From: Deltaproteobacteria bacterium
Lineage (GTDB): Bacteria > Myxococcota_A > Polyangia > Fen-1088
Direction of reading: 5' to 3'
Length of the DNA: 64,000 nt
Assembly: GCA_033763315.1 (NCBI GenBank)
Contig: JANRKS010000021.1
Coordinates: 74,205 to 138,204, forward strand
Shown piece after piece: positions 35,173-44,795 of this stretch. The notes under the pieces are model-generated. The model was not told where the DNA came from and ran no database searches. It worked only from the letters and a program-made list of their open reading frames with translations. The translations under genes were made by a program, and so were the position numbers. Within the stretch, counting starts at the first letter, position 1; each line of letters begins with the position of its first letter.

Positions 35173-37277
35173 CGGTGTGCGATCAGCACGAGCGCTTCAG
35201 GCCGCCCCAGCAGCGCTTGCAGCACGCGCAGGCTTGTTTCGGGATCAAGCGCCGCCAGCGATTCATCAAACACGCGCACGTCCACACGCTGCAACAGCGA
35301 GCGCGCCACGAACACGCGGCTCCGTTCACCGTGCGAAAGCTGCCACCCCGAATCACCAACGGTTTGATTTAAGCCCGCAGGCATGCGATCCAAAAGTGGG
35401 CCAAGGCCTAATTCACGACATACGGCATCGGCGGCGGCGATGTCTTCTTGCCGCGGTGGCCAGCGCCGGCCCAACAACAAGTTGAACAACAACGGCCCCG
35501 CGAAAATGTGGTTGTCATGAAATTGCGGCACGCCTCCAGATCGCTGGCGCCATCGCTGCGGCCCCACAGCGTGGTGATCAAAGCCGCCCAGCAGCAGCAC
35601 ACCCGAAGTGGGCACGCGCAAGCCCGAAAGAATTGCACCCAAAGTTGATTTTCCGCCTCCCGAGCCGCCTTCCAACAACACGCGTTCGTGACGACGAATC
35701 GAAAAATTGCACCCGCGCAACACGGCCTCGGGTCGGCCTTCGTAACGAAACACGACGTCGCGCCCCACCATCAAACCACGCCGCCCCACGGCGGCCTCGT
35801 CGGGAGACGCCGCCAACACGTCCGCCGAACTGGCGACGCCGCGCTGGGCGGCTGAAAACAAGAAGCGCAAGTTTCGCCACGCCACAAACGCCGCGGTCAA
35901 CGCGGGGCTCGCTTCAGCCAGGTGGCGAAACGCACCCCAGATCAGCACCACGCCACCCAAAGCCGTTGCCAATGCCGCCGACGATGTGCCGCGATCAACG
36001 AACGCTGGAACGAGCCCCAATAAGCCCAGCACCACCCAGCCGCGCGGCAAAATCGCCGTGAGCTTTGTGGCCGCTTGATCCAATAGCCATGAGCGTTCTT
36101 GGTATTCGTCAAGCGAGGCATGCAGATGGCCGAGATGCAACCCTTGGTCTTGCGCCACCAAAGTGCGGTGGCCCACCATGGCTTCCACAAGCTCGTGTGT
36201 GACCGTCAGGCGAGCGTCGGTCCACGCCGTGAGCCGACGTTGCAGGCCGCGCAGCCACCACGCGAGCAACACAAGCCACAGCACCAACAACACAAAATGG
36301 ATCACGCCCCCCGCGCCCAGGGCAAGCAGCGAGGCACCCAACACCAGATCCAACACAACCCAAATCAAAGTGGGACCGCCGCCGCGCGCGAGAAGTTCAA
36401 GCGAATCAACTTCAAGCACAGTGCCAAGCAATTGTCCCACGCCGCGCGCGCGGATCTCGCCACCATCAAGGCGCAGGATGCCTTCCAACAAACGCTCGCG
36501 GGCCAAACCCGAAAGCAGCACCACGGCGCGCCCCAAAGCTGAGCCCGCCACCGCGCGCACTCCAACCATCGTGGCCAGCAGCAAACCAAACGCCCATAAA
36601 GTGCCCGACTCCAAACGCCCTTGCAGCGCGCCGTTGGCCACCATGCCCCACGCGCCGCTGAACAACGCCAACTGCCCGATGAACCCCGCCAAGCCCGTTA
36701 GCAACAAACGTGCGGCGCCCAGGCGTCGAGCGCGTTGCCAAAACGTGGGCGCGGCGTCTTCGATCACCCACGCTTCGGCCAAAGCGCCGCCGCCTAAGGC
36801 CGCACGCATCGCACGCTCGGCGGCGAGGCGTTGCTTGCGCGGCAAGCCGAGTTCTGCAACCACCTGTGTGGCGTTTGCCGCGAACAACGCGTGCTCAAGC
36901 TGTGAGACATCGACGTAGACAGCGCCGTTGGGCGTAAGCACGCGCGCTGTGTGAGATGTGGCGGGCAAAGGCCCAACCACAACGAGGTATGCACCTTCTT
37001 CGGTCTCGGCGCTTAGGCAGCGCGCGATGATCGCGGATGCCTCTGGCAAAAGATCGGATAAGCCGCGCGCCCGCTGATCAGGTGCATCGACGGCGAGGCC
37101 CAAGCGGTGCACCCCCGCTTGCACCCAGCGATCAAGCGGAGGCCCAGCGATCACATCGGGCGCAGGGTTGGCCAGCGTGCGGAGTTCATCCACGCCGCGC
37201 AACTCTGTGTTGATCGCGGTCATCGCTTCGCCCAAGCGCGCGCGCGGCCAAGTCAATGATGCGGCCGCAACGCTCAT
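35169..37277 (-). CDS. ABC exporter (TM + NBD) with a degenerate N-terminal domain; partner of the C39 transporter
   Basis: TM domain; Walker A GGSGGGKST, signature LSHGERSR, Walker B VRVFDES, H-loop IAHR; no QxxxxDCG peptidase motif. Confidence 0.85.
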   Translation of the reverse strand: MSVAAASLTWPRARLGEAMTAINTELRGVDELRTLANPAPDVIAGPPLDRWVQAGVHRLGLAVDAPDQRARGLSDLLPEASAIIARCLSAETEEGAYLVVVGPLPATSHTARVLTPNGAVYVDVSQLEHALFAANATQVVAELGLPRKQRLAAERAMRAALGGGALAEAWVIEDAAPTFWQRARRLGAARLLLTGLAGFIGQLALFSGAWGMVANGALQGRLESGTLWAFGLLLATMVGVRAVAGSALGRAVVLLSGLARERLLEGILRLDGGEIRARGVGQLLGTVLEVDSLELLARGGGPTLIWVVLDLVLGASLLALGAGGVIHFVLLVLWLVLLAWWLRGLQRRLTAWTDARLTVTHELVEAMVGHRTLVAQDQGLHLGHLHASLDEYQERSWLLDQAATKLTAILPRGWVVLGLLGLVPAFVDRGTSSAALATALGGVVLIWGAFRHLAEASPALTAAFVAWRNLRFLFSAAQRGVASSADVLAASPDEAAVGRRGLMVGRDVVFRYEGRPEAVLRGCNFSIRRHERVLLEGGSGGGKSTLGAILSGLRVPTSGVLLLGGFDHHAVGPQRWRQRSGGVPQFHDNHIFAGPLLFNLLLGRRWPPRQEDIAAADAVCRELGLGPLLDRMPAGLNQTVGDSGWQLSHGERSRVFVARSLLQRVDVRVFDESLAALDPETSLRVLQALLGRPEALVLIAHR

Positions 37278-40006
37278 CGCGCCCCCTCGGACGCGGTTGG
37301 CGGCGCGGTCTCTTGCACTTGCCCCGCCACCAATTGCCAGCGGCGCCAGTGAGGTTCGGCGAACGCCGATTGCAAGCGCTCTTCAACCGCCAAGAATTTC
37401 GCAAATAGAGATTCAGGGTCTGCGGCCAACGCGCGCGGTGGGCCATCTTCGGCCACCCGGCCATTGGCAATCACCAACACGCGATCGAACACCATCGCGT
37501 CGGCCACGTCGTGCGTGGCGCATAAGAATGTGGCGCTGGCCCAGCGCTCCCTCGCGCGCGCCAAGAGCCGCTGCCGGCGGGGGCGTTCCAAGCCGCGGAA
37601 CGCTTCATCCAACAACACAAGCCTTGCCTGTTCCTTGTGAATGTTGCGTGCAAAACGCACGCGTTGGCCTTCACCGCCTGACAGCAACCCGCCACTTTCG
37701 CCTAACGACGATTCAAGGCCTGTGGGCAAGCGCGCCAAGACTTCATCAAGCTCGGCGTCTTCGATAGAAGCACCCACCGGAGAGTCGGGGCGCGAAGAGC
37801 CATAGCGCAGGTTTTCAAGCAAGCTGCGGTTCCACAACTGCACCGATGGATCCACCCACACAGTGTGGCGCCGCAAAGCTTCAACGAGAGCCGGGCAAGA
37901 GGCCTCTCCATCTAAGTTCACCTGCCCGCGCGCGGGCTCGTGCCACCCCATCACCAAACCCAACAGACTGCTTTTGCCGCTGCCTGAAGCCCCCACCATG
38001 GCCACGTGGCCACCCGCGGGCAAGTGAAGTGACTCGATCACGAGAACTTCATGGCCGCCCGCCTCCACGCGCACATCATCAAAGCGCAGGTCCACACCCG
38101 TCGAAGCCTGTGAGGGCACCTCGGCGGGCCGTTCGGCATCGGCGGCGCCCAAAGGCTCGACGAGGCGCGCGGCAAGGTTCTTTTGCCGCGGAATTTGTTG
38201 CAACAAGAACGCAAACTCTTGCCCGAGCGCCGGCAGCGACAAACACCAATACACAAGCAGCAAGGCCCATCCAGAGCCCGGCGCGCGCGTCAGGTGATCG
38301 AACAGCAGCGCCAAGGCAAAGCCATAGCCCACCAAGGTAACGGTGGCTTCCGAACGCACGGCGTATCGTGCCGCTTGCCACGCGGAACGGGCCCATTCTT
38401 CGAGGCGCGTGGAATGCTCACGCATCAACGCCGTTTCGCCCGCGTGGGCACGCACGGCTTGCAAACCCAAAAGCGCATCCAGATAAAACACCGACAACGC
38501 GCCCGCATGCGCCCGCACGCGCATGTCGCGCTCTTCGTGCCCCGATTGCATAAGCAAGGGAAAGCCCACAAGCGCCGCAAGCGAAAGCAAAGCCAAGGGC
38601 GTGCCACGCGGGTGCAACCAAATTACACCCGCGGTGGTCACCATCAATTCGCAGGTCACACGGAAGATCTGGCCTGCGTAAAACGGCAGCGATCGGATCT
38701 GGTGGATCTGGTGCGCCCGCGTGGCCATGTCTGAAACAGGACGGCTTTGAAAATACGCGTCTTGCAAGCGCGGCAGCTTGTTTAAAAAGGCACGCCGCAA
38801 ACCGCCTTCCAAGCGACGTCCAAGCGATGCCAGGCCCAAGGCGGTGGGCCACTCAAGCAACAGCAATGACGTGGCGAACAAGGCCACCATCGCCACAGCG
38901 GCAACCCGGTGTGAAAACAGGGGCAAGCGTCGGCCGATGTCGAAGAAGGCACGGAACAACACCGCTTCCACCAGCGAACCCGCCGCCGCCAAACCAAGCC
39001 CTGCCCCGAGTAACCAAGGGGCGCGTTTCCCCGCCGTTGCCACCAGCCGCAGCAGCACCTTCGCCACAGGCTCTTCTGCGCCCGCCAAAGCGCGCGTGGT
39101 GGCCGTGGCCGGCGCGTTTGTTTGTGCAGAACCCGCGGGCTTAACACCATCCAATGCGATGGCCACAGCGCCGCGCATTTTCACCATCTTCACTGTTGTG
39201 TGCGTCGGGCCACCGGGCTCGCGATGTTCAGGCGGAACTTCCTCTTGCACATCCGCAGCGGGCTTGGCCAGCCGCAGGGCCTCGGGGATGGCGTTGGGGT
39301 TGTTGGCAGACGCGGCCACCAAACCATCGATCACGCGCGCGGCTTGTGCGGCGGAAAACCCGGCGTGGCCTTGCAGCCCTTCGGCCAAGCGCAAAGCACC
39401 TTCCAAGCGGCAAAACGCTTCCCAGCCTTGCGCCACAGCTTCATCAAAGCGTGCGGCTGCACGTGTGCACCCCGCGGCTTGCAGGCGCGCCACCACCACA
39501 CGCCGCAAGCCCGGATCGTGAACGAAATCTAAAAACGCTTCGAGCGGCACGGGCACATCCACCATGGCCACTTGCCGCATGAATTCACGGTGGTGCACCC
39601 AATGCCGCCCGCGCGCCGGATCCATCACTTGCAGGTATGGGCCCACGCGCCGCCACACCACCACGAAGTGCAAGATGCCCGAAGGCATCGCCGTCACCAC
39701 GATCGCGGGCATGAGATCTGCGCGGTTCATCAATAGATGTTCCACGGGCATCACAGACTCGGCCGCGTCCAAACCCAACTCCTGCAGCACGGCCTCCAGC
39801 GCGGACACGGCGGTGCCATCCACGCTGGTGTGGCAGGCCTCGCGCAGACGCCCGTAGCTGACGGCGACGCCGTAACCTTCAAGCACGCTCTTTAAACACG
39901 CAGGCCCGCAGTCCATCGCTGAGGTTTGAATCGCCTCAGGCACGAAGAACCGACGCCGCGCGCGCCGCCGGCTGGCCGCTTTGGAATCCGCGTCTTCTTG
40001 GCTCAT
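37274..40006 (-). CDS. Peptidase C39-containing ABC transporter (PCAT)
   Basis: QTSAMDCGPACL (catalytic Cys), HFVVV (His), VMDPARG (Asp); TM domain; GASGSGKS, LSGGEGQR, LLDE, THD. Confidence 0.92.
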   Translation of the reverse strand: MSQEDADSKAASRRRARRRFFVPEAIQTSAMDCGPACLKSVLEGYGVAVSYGRLREACHTSVDGTAVSALEAVLQELGLDAAESVMPVEHLLMNRADLMPAIVVTAMPSGILHFVVVWRRVGPYLQVMDPARGRHWVHHREFMRQVAMVDVPVPLEAFLDFVHDPGLRRVVVARLQAAGCTRAAARFDEAVAQGWEAFCRLEGALRLAEGLQGHAGFSAAQAARVIDGLVAASANNPNAIPEALRLAKPAADVQEEVPPEHREPGGPTHTTVKMVKMRGAVAIALDGVKPAGSAQTNAPATATTRALAGAEEPVAKVLLRLVATAGKRAPWLLGAGLGLAAAGSLVEAVLFRAFFDIGRRLPLFSHRVAAVAMVALFATSLLLLEWPTALGLASLGRRLEGGLRRAFLNKLPRLQDAYFQSRPVSDMATRAHQIHQIRSLPFYAGQIFRVTCELMVTTAGVIWLHPRGTPLALLSLAALVGFPLLMQSGHEERDMRVRAHAGALSVFYLDALLGLQAVRAHAGETALMREHSTRLEEWARSAWQAARYAVRSEATVTLVGYGFALALLFDHLTRAPGSGWALLLVYWCLSLPALGQEFAFLLQQIPRQKNLAARLVEPLGAADAERPAEVPSQASTGVDLRFDDVRVEAGGHEVLVIESLHLPAGGHVAMVGASGSGKSSLLGLVMGWHEPARGQVNLDGEASCPALVEALRRHTVWVDPSVQLWNRSLLENLRYGSSRPDSPVGASIEDAELDEVLARLPTGLESSLGESGGLLSGGEGQRVRFARNIHKEQARLVLLDEAFRGLERPRRQRLLARARERWASATFLCATHDVADAMVFDRVLVIANGRVAEDGPPRALAADPESLFAKFLAVEERLQSAFAEPHWRRWQLVAGQVQETAPPTASEGAR

Positions 40007-41193
40007 GGGGCCGCCTTGCCTTCGGCGTGGTTTGTGCCAGCCGCTTGCGCATCGATGCCTGTGACGAAGCGACCAGCGGCATCGAGCACCATCGTCAGCG
40101 GCGACGTTTGTTCCACCTTCACTTCCACAAGCCCCGGCAAACCGTGTTCAAGCGGCGCCGTGTTGCCAGCTGTGCGTGAGACGTCGAGCTCCACGCGTAT
40201 CAAGCCGTCATTGGGCTCGGAGCCGACGTTCGTCACACGCACAGCGAGCGCGCCGTATTTTGTCCAAGGAAAGCCAAGCAAACGCACGCGCCCCGTTTGC
40301 CCGCGTTTGATGCGGCCCACCGCCGCTTGCGGATCGAAGAACGCCACCACGCGCAAGCCGCCTTGGGGCACCACCACCGCCAAGCGCGTGCCTTCCTCCA
40401 CCACCGCCCCCGCGCGCAACGCACGCACGTCGCCCAAACGCCCGGATACGGGCGCGCGTATCGTGCGCAGCTCCACCTCACGCCCGAGCGTGCGCAGATG
40501 CGCCTGGCTTTCGGCCCGCATCGCTTCAAGTTGTGCGATCTCAAGTTCGATGCGCGCCAAACGCGCGCGGCGATCGCTGCGTTTCGCGATGACTTCGCCA
40601 CCCAGCCGTTTGACGCCGGTGCGTGCGGCCTCGGCCTCGGCCACGCGTTGTTCTGCCTCGGACTTCATGCGTGAGGATTCAAGTTCCGCCACGATGCGCT
40701 GCTGCCGCAGCCGTTCCAGTTGCGACGTTTCGCTGGTTTTCAGTGTTGCCACAGCTTCACTGGCCCGGCGCATGGCTTCGGCCTCTTCGTGGGCCGCCAC
40801 CGCCGCGACGCCCTCGCCCACCGCGGCCCGCTCATCGGCCGTCATCTCTTTGCGAAGGGCGTTGATCTGCGGTTCAAGCGCGGCCAGATGTGCCGCTTCC
40901 TTCGCCAACGCCAAGGAGAAGGCCTCGGCGTCCAATTGCACCAGCACGTCTCCCTGTTTCACCATGGCACCCAAAACCAAGTCGCTGCGCAACACGCGCC
41001 CCGACACAGGGGCATCCACGGGGTTAGAAGCGGTGTCCACTTCAAGCCGGGCGCTGTGCGAAGCGGCGTAAACAGACAGCTTCGCGAACAAGAACCACGC
41101 GGTCCAAGCAAACAAAAGCAAGCCACCCGCCAGCGCCGACCAAGCGGGGGCGTTCTGGAAGGGGGCCAAAGCAGAGGCAAACTTTCGCGGCAT
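40003..41193 (-). CDS. HlyD-family membrane fusion protein
   Basis: N-terminal TM, VDAPVSGRV...VKQGDVLVQLD, long coiled coil, IRAPVSG, GFPWTKYG; ATGA-coupled to the PCAT. Confidence 0.9.
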   Translation of the reverse strand: MPRKFASALAPFQNAPAWSALAGGLLLFAWTAWFLFAKLSVYAASHSARLEVDTASNPVDAPVSGRVLRSDLVLGAMVKQGDVLVQLDAEAFSLALAKEAAHLAALEPQINALRKEMTADERAAVGEGVAAVAAHEEAEAMRRASEAVATLKTSETSQLERLRQQRIVAELESSRMKSEAEQRVAEAEAARTGVKRLGGEVIAKRSDRRARLARIELEIAQLEAMRAESQAHLRTLGREVELRTIRAPVSGRLGDVRALRAGAVVEEGTRLAVVVPQGGLRVVAFFDPQAAVGRIKRGQTGRVRLLGFPWTKYGALAVRVTNVGSEPNDGLIRVELDVSRTAGNTAPLEHGLPGLVEVKVEQTSPLTMVLDAAGRFVTGIDAQAAGTNHAEGKAAP

Positions 41194-41327
41194 GAGCGGG
41201 CGCTAGAGTACCGCAGAACCTCACCGAAGCAGGTCCAAAGACCGGGTGTGTGACGCAAGCCGCTCTGCGCTCGGGGAACCTGCAATCCGCTTGACGGAAC
41301 GTTCTCTTTCGAGAACACTTGCTTCCG

Positions 41328-42890
41328 ATGAAGGCTATCGTTTTGGTGATTTTGGCGCTGGCTTGCGCAGCCCGTGAGGCGAACGCCAAAACGCCCCTCC
41401 ATCGCACGCGCCCGTTGAGCTATGCGTCGCTTGGCTTTTGGTGGGGCACAGGCTGCCCTGACAACGGCCGCTGCGCGTGCAGCCCCACCGCCACGACGAT
41501 GCAGGAGGAGGCCAGCTGCCAACTTGACGCCCTGGCCAAGCACGACTTTCCCGTCGATGTGTTTTTGTTTGACGGCAATGCGTGGTCAAAAGCCAACTCG
41601 TTCAAAGACAACCAATGCCGTGGCGAAGACTGCTGCGAATGGAAGTTAGGCGATGGCTTGATCGACCGGATGAAAGCCCAGGGCGTTCGAGCCGTGCTGC
41701 ACTTTTGGGGTGGATGCCACCAGGACGAACAATATGAACGCGCCCATCGGCGCTTGGGCAAAGTGCTGCTGGGATTTTATCTCGACGACGGATCGTCGGA
41801 CGCCGAAGCATCCCGCGCCAGTGCGTTCTTGGCCCGCGTGGCGCCTGGCGATTCAGACGTTGTGTGCAAAGCCATTCAAGGCCGGGACGACAAAACCAGC
41901 GAAGCGTTTCTTTCGTCCACCGCGAACGTAAGCTACGTCGGCGACACCCACTATGACTGGCAGGGCCTCAAAGACGGCATCAAGCGGTTCTTCACAAAGG
42001 GGCCACTGCTTCCGGCCGCGTTCAACGAACTGACGGGGTACTGGTATCCGAAGGAAGGCACGCCCGACGAAGAGACGGTGTATCGACGTTTACACTGGGG
42101 CGCCGTGCAACCAATCATGGCGCACACGCCGTTCGCAAACATGGATCCTTGGCAACACGGCTATTCCGCGGAGCTGCTCGCCGCCTATCGCCGATGGGCC
42201 TGGTGGCACAAAGAGCTCACGCCCTACATCTACAGCCTGTCGATCGCGATGCACGAGAACCCCGCCGAACCGGTCATTCGCAATGCTTCTTTGCCAAACG
42301 AATCAATGCAACTGGGGCCCAACATTTTTGCGGCATTCGTCAGCGATCCGAAGGTGAGCGCACGTGACGTGCAGTTGCCGCCGGGACGATGGATCGACGT
42401 TTGGAATGAAGACAACGTGCTATCGGGCCGCGTGAAGCAGCACCCAGCCAAGCCGGGATTCGAACCTGTGTTCGTTAAAGAAGGCGCGTTGCTGCCGCTA
42501 CAGGTGGCGCGCCCTTATGCAGATCACGGCACGCGCGCTTCGGCAGACAGCTTAACGTTGCTGGCATACCCAGCCGGAAAATCTACTTTTAGGTACCGGG
42601 ATCACGTTCGCAACCAATGGCACGTGTTCACGTTGAAGCAGCAAGGCCCGGCGCTGTCGTTGGACGCCGCACCACGGTTTCGACGCCTGCCGGTGTTGCT
42701 GCGGCTGGGTCGACAAAAGCAGCCACCGCAATCCGTTGGCATCAAAGGAGGCCGGCTGTTGGTGAATGCCACCGATCGTATCGCCGCCTTGCCACAAGTC
42801 GCAACAGAAGACGCCGTCAACGCCGCGGGCGCTTCGTGCTGGTTCTTCGACGCGCAGAAAAGGCGATTGATCGTTAAGTGGGTCCCCTAG
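41328..42890 (+). CDS. Secreted GH31-like glycoside hydrolase
   Basis: Signal peptide; FPVDVFLFD, GFYLDDG, YVGD, HWGAVQPIM, LTPYIYS, LPPGRWID, PVFVKEGALLP follow the GH31 motif order; lacks the usual N-terminal beta domain. Confidence 0.65.
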   Translation: MKAIVLVILALACAAREANAKTPLHRTRPLSYASLGFWWGTGCPDNGRCACSPTATTMQEEASCQLDALAKHDFPVDVFLFDGNAWSKANSFKDNQCRGEDCCEWKLGDGLIDRMKAQGVRAVLHFWGGCHQDEQYERAHRRLGKVLLGFYLDDGSSDAEASRASAFLARVAPGDSDVVCKAIQGRDDKTSEAFLSSTANVSYVGDTHYDWQGLKDGIKRFFTKGPLLPAAFNELTGYWYPKEGTPDEETVYRRLHWGAVQPIMAHTPFANMDPWQHGYSAELLAAYRRWAWWHKELTPYIYSLSIAMHENPAEPVIRNASLPNESMQLGPNIFAAFVSDPKVSARDVQLPPGRWIDVWNEDNVLSGRVKQHPAKPGFEPVFVKEGALLPLQVARPYADHGTRASADSLTLLAYPAGKSTFRYRDHVRNQWHVFTLKQQGPALSLDAAPRFRRLPVLLRLGRQKQPPQSVGIKGGRLLVNATDRIAALPQVATEDAVNAAGASCWFFDAQKRRLIVKWVP

Positions 42891-42903
42891 CCTTTAGGAG
42901 TTT

Positions 42904-43656
42904 ATGAACATGAGTCGATTTGATGGGCAGGTTGTTGCCGTCACGGGCGCGGCTTCCGGGATTGGTTTGGCGATCGCCAAACGGCTCACCAAAGAAGGCG
43001 CACACGTGGTGGCCTGGGACCGTGACCGACGCGCCCTTGAAGTGGCCTTCGGCACGTCATCGTCGGCTGTGGCCGCCGCCCGGGCCGTGGACATCGCCGA
43101 CGATGGATCGGTGGCCGCCGCCACAGAAGAAATCGTCACGCGGTTCGAGAAGCTCGACGGTGTCATCCACTGTGCCGGCGTTGTGGGGCCCAACGGCAAA
43201 ACCATCGTCGACGTTTCCACCGAGGAGTTCGAAAATGTGTGCCGCGTGAACTTGGTGGGTTCGTTCGTGGTCACCCGACACGCGCTTAAGGCCATGCTGC
43301 CGCGTCAGTATGGCCGGATCTTGCTGTTTGCCTCCATCGCAGGCAAAGAAGGCAACGCGGGTATGTGTGCGTATTCGGCGAGCAAAGCCGGTGTCATCGC
43401 GCTGGCCAAAAGCGCTGGCAAAGAGATGGCCACAAAGGGGATCACGGTGAACGCGATTGCCCCGGGGGTGATCAACACGCCGCTGGTTCAGGCGATGGAG
43501 CCAGCACAGGTTGCGTACATGACGGAAAAGATCCCCATGCAGCGCACGGGTTCGCTTGATGAAGTGGCGAGCCTGGCGTGTTGGATCATCTCGCGCGAGG
43601 CCAGCTTCACCACAGGCTTTACCTTCGATCTGTCGGGCGGCCGGGCCACTTACTAG
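42904..43656 (+). CDS. Short-chain dehydrogenase/reductase
   Basis: TGAASGIG, ASIAGKEGN, YSASK, FDLSGGRATY. Confidence 0.9.
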   Translation: MNMSRFDGQVVAVTGAASGIGLAIAKRLTKEGAHVVAWDRDRRALEVAFGTSSSAVAAARAVDIADDGSVAAATEEIVTRFEKLDGVIHCAGVVGPNGKTIVDVSTEEFENVCRVNLVGSFVVTRHALKAMLPRQYGRILLFASIAGKEGNAGMCAYSASKAGVIALAKSAGKEMATKGITVNAIAPGVINTPLVQAMEPAQVAYMTEKIPMQRTGSLDEVASLACWIISREASFTTGFTFDLSGGRATY

Positions 43657-43736
43657 CCGCGGCGGCCGCGCCGGGGAACCCCGTCAGGATTTGGAGGTTG
43701 CATCTGCCATGCCGGCGCGCCACTGTAGCAGCCCTC

Positions 43737-44795
43737 ATGGTTCACCTTCCCACCGATAAAGCCGCCGCCTTGGCTGAAAAGGCTCACTTGGCATTCGTTG
43801 CCGAGCAGTTCGAGCAAGCCGAAGCTCTGTTCACAGAGTCATCAACGTTGCTGCGTTCGCATGTTGTCAAATCCAAAGCGCCTGACGAAGACGCGGCCCG
43901 CACATGGGTGGCCGCCCATTGCGGCGCCGCTTCGGCCGCGCGGGCCCAAGGCGGGTACGCCCGCGCCGAAAAGCGTTTGAACGAAGCTGAAGCCTTCGTG
44001 CTGCGCACCTACGGGGCCAAGGACGCCGTTTACGCCAACGTGCTGAATGAGCGCGGCATCTTGCGCAAGTACCAAGGCCGCTTCAAAGAAGCGGAGGCCG
44101 AATACAAGAAGTGCAAGCCACTCATAGCCAAAGGCTTCGGCAAAGACAGCGAGTCTATGTCGGTGCTGTTGCACAACTTGGGCGGCATTGCGCACGCGCA
44201 AGGGCACTGGAAGCGCGCCGAAGCGTATGCGCGCGAAGGGCTGCGCTTGCGCCAAAGCTTGCCGAAGCCAGATGCTGTGGCCGTGGCCGCCGATCAAAGC
44301 GCCCTCGCCGCCATCTTGGATGTGGCTGGCAACCACGACGAAGCGGCCACGCTGTTGGCAGAGGCTTTGGCGACGTTCAAGAAGAAGCTGGGCCCACGCA
44401 GCTTCGAGGTGGGTGTTACGATGGAGACGCTGGGCAACCTGCACTACCGCATTCACGATTTGCCCAAAGCCGACAAGCTGCTAACCGCGGCGCTTGAGAT
44501 TCAACAAGAGCGCTTGGGCGCCGGCCACCCAGAACTCGCGTTCGCGTTGCATAACCTCGCCGTGGTGCGCATTGATCGTGGGCAACCCGAAGACGCCCGC
44601 CCGTTACTACAAGAAGCGTTGGCCACGTTTAAGAAAACCTTTGGCCCGAAGCACGCGAACACGCTTGTGGTCAAAGATCGGCTCGAATCACTGGGCAAGG
44701 CGGCCGCGCCCCTCAAAAAAGCGGCGCCGATCCCCACAAAGAAGCCGCAACGCAAAACCACAAAGACGGCTGCGAAGTCCAAAAAAGCTCGCTAA
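43737..44795 (+). CDS. Tetratricopeptide-repeat protein (kinesin-light-chain-like TPRs) with Lys-rich tail
   Basis: About 42-aa repeats (VLNERG, LHNLGG, METLGN, LHNLAV; GAGHPE, GPKHAN); start placed at ATG 43737. Confidence 0.8.
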   Translation: MVHLPTDKAAALAEKAHLAFVAEQFEQAEALFTESSTLLRSHVVKSKAPDEDAARTWVAAHCGAASAARAQGGYARAEKRLNEAEAFVLRTYGAKDAVYANVLNERGILRKYQGRFKEAEAEYKKCKPLIAKGFGKDSESMSVLLHNLGGIAHAQGHWKRAEAYAREGLRLRQSLPKPDAVAVAADQSALAAILDVAGNHDEAATLLAEALATFKKKLGPRSFEVGVTMETLGNLHYRIHDLPKADKLLTAALEIQQERLGAGHPELAFALHNLAVVRIDRGQPEDARPLLQEALATFKKTFGPKHANTLVVKDRLESLGKAAAPLKKAAPIPTKKPQRKTTKTAAKSKKAR

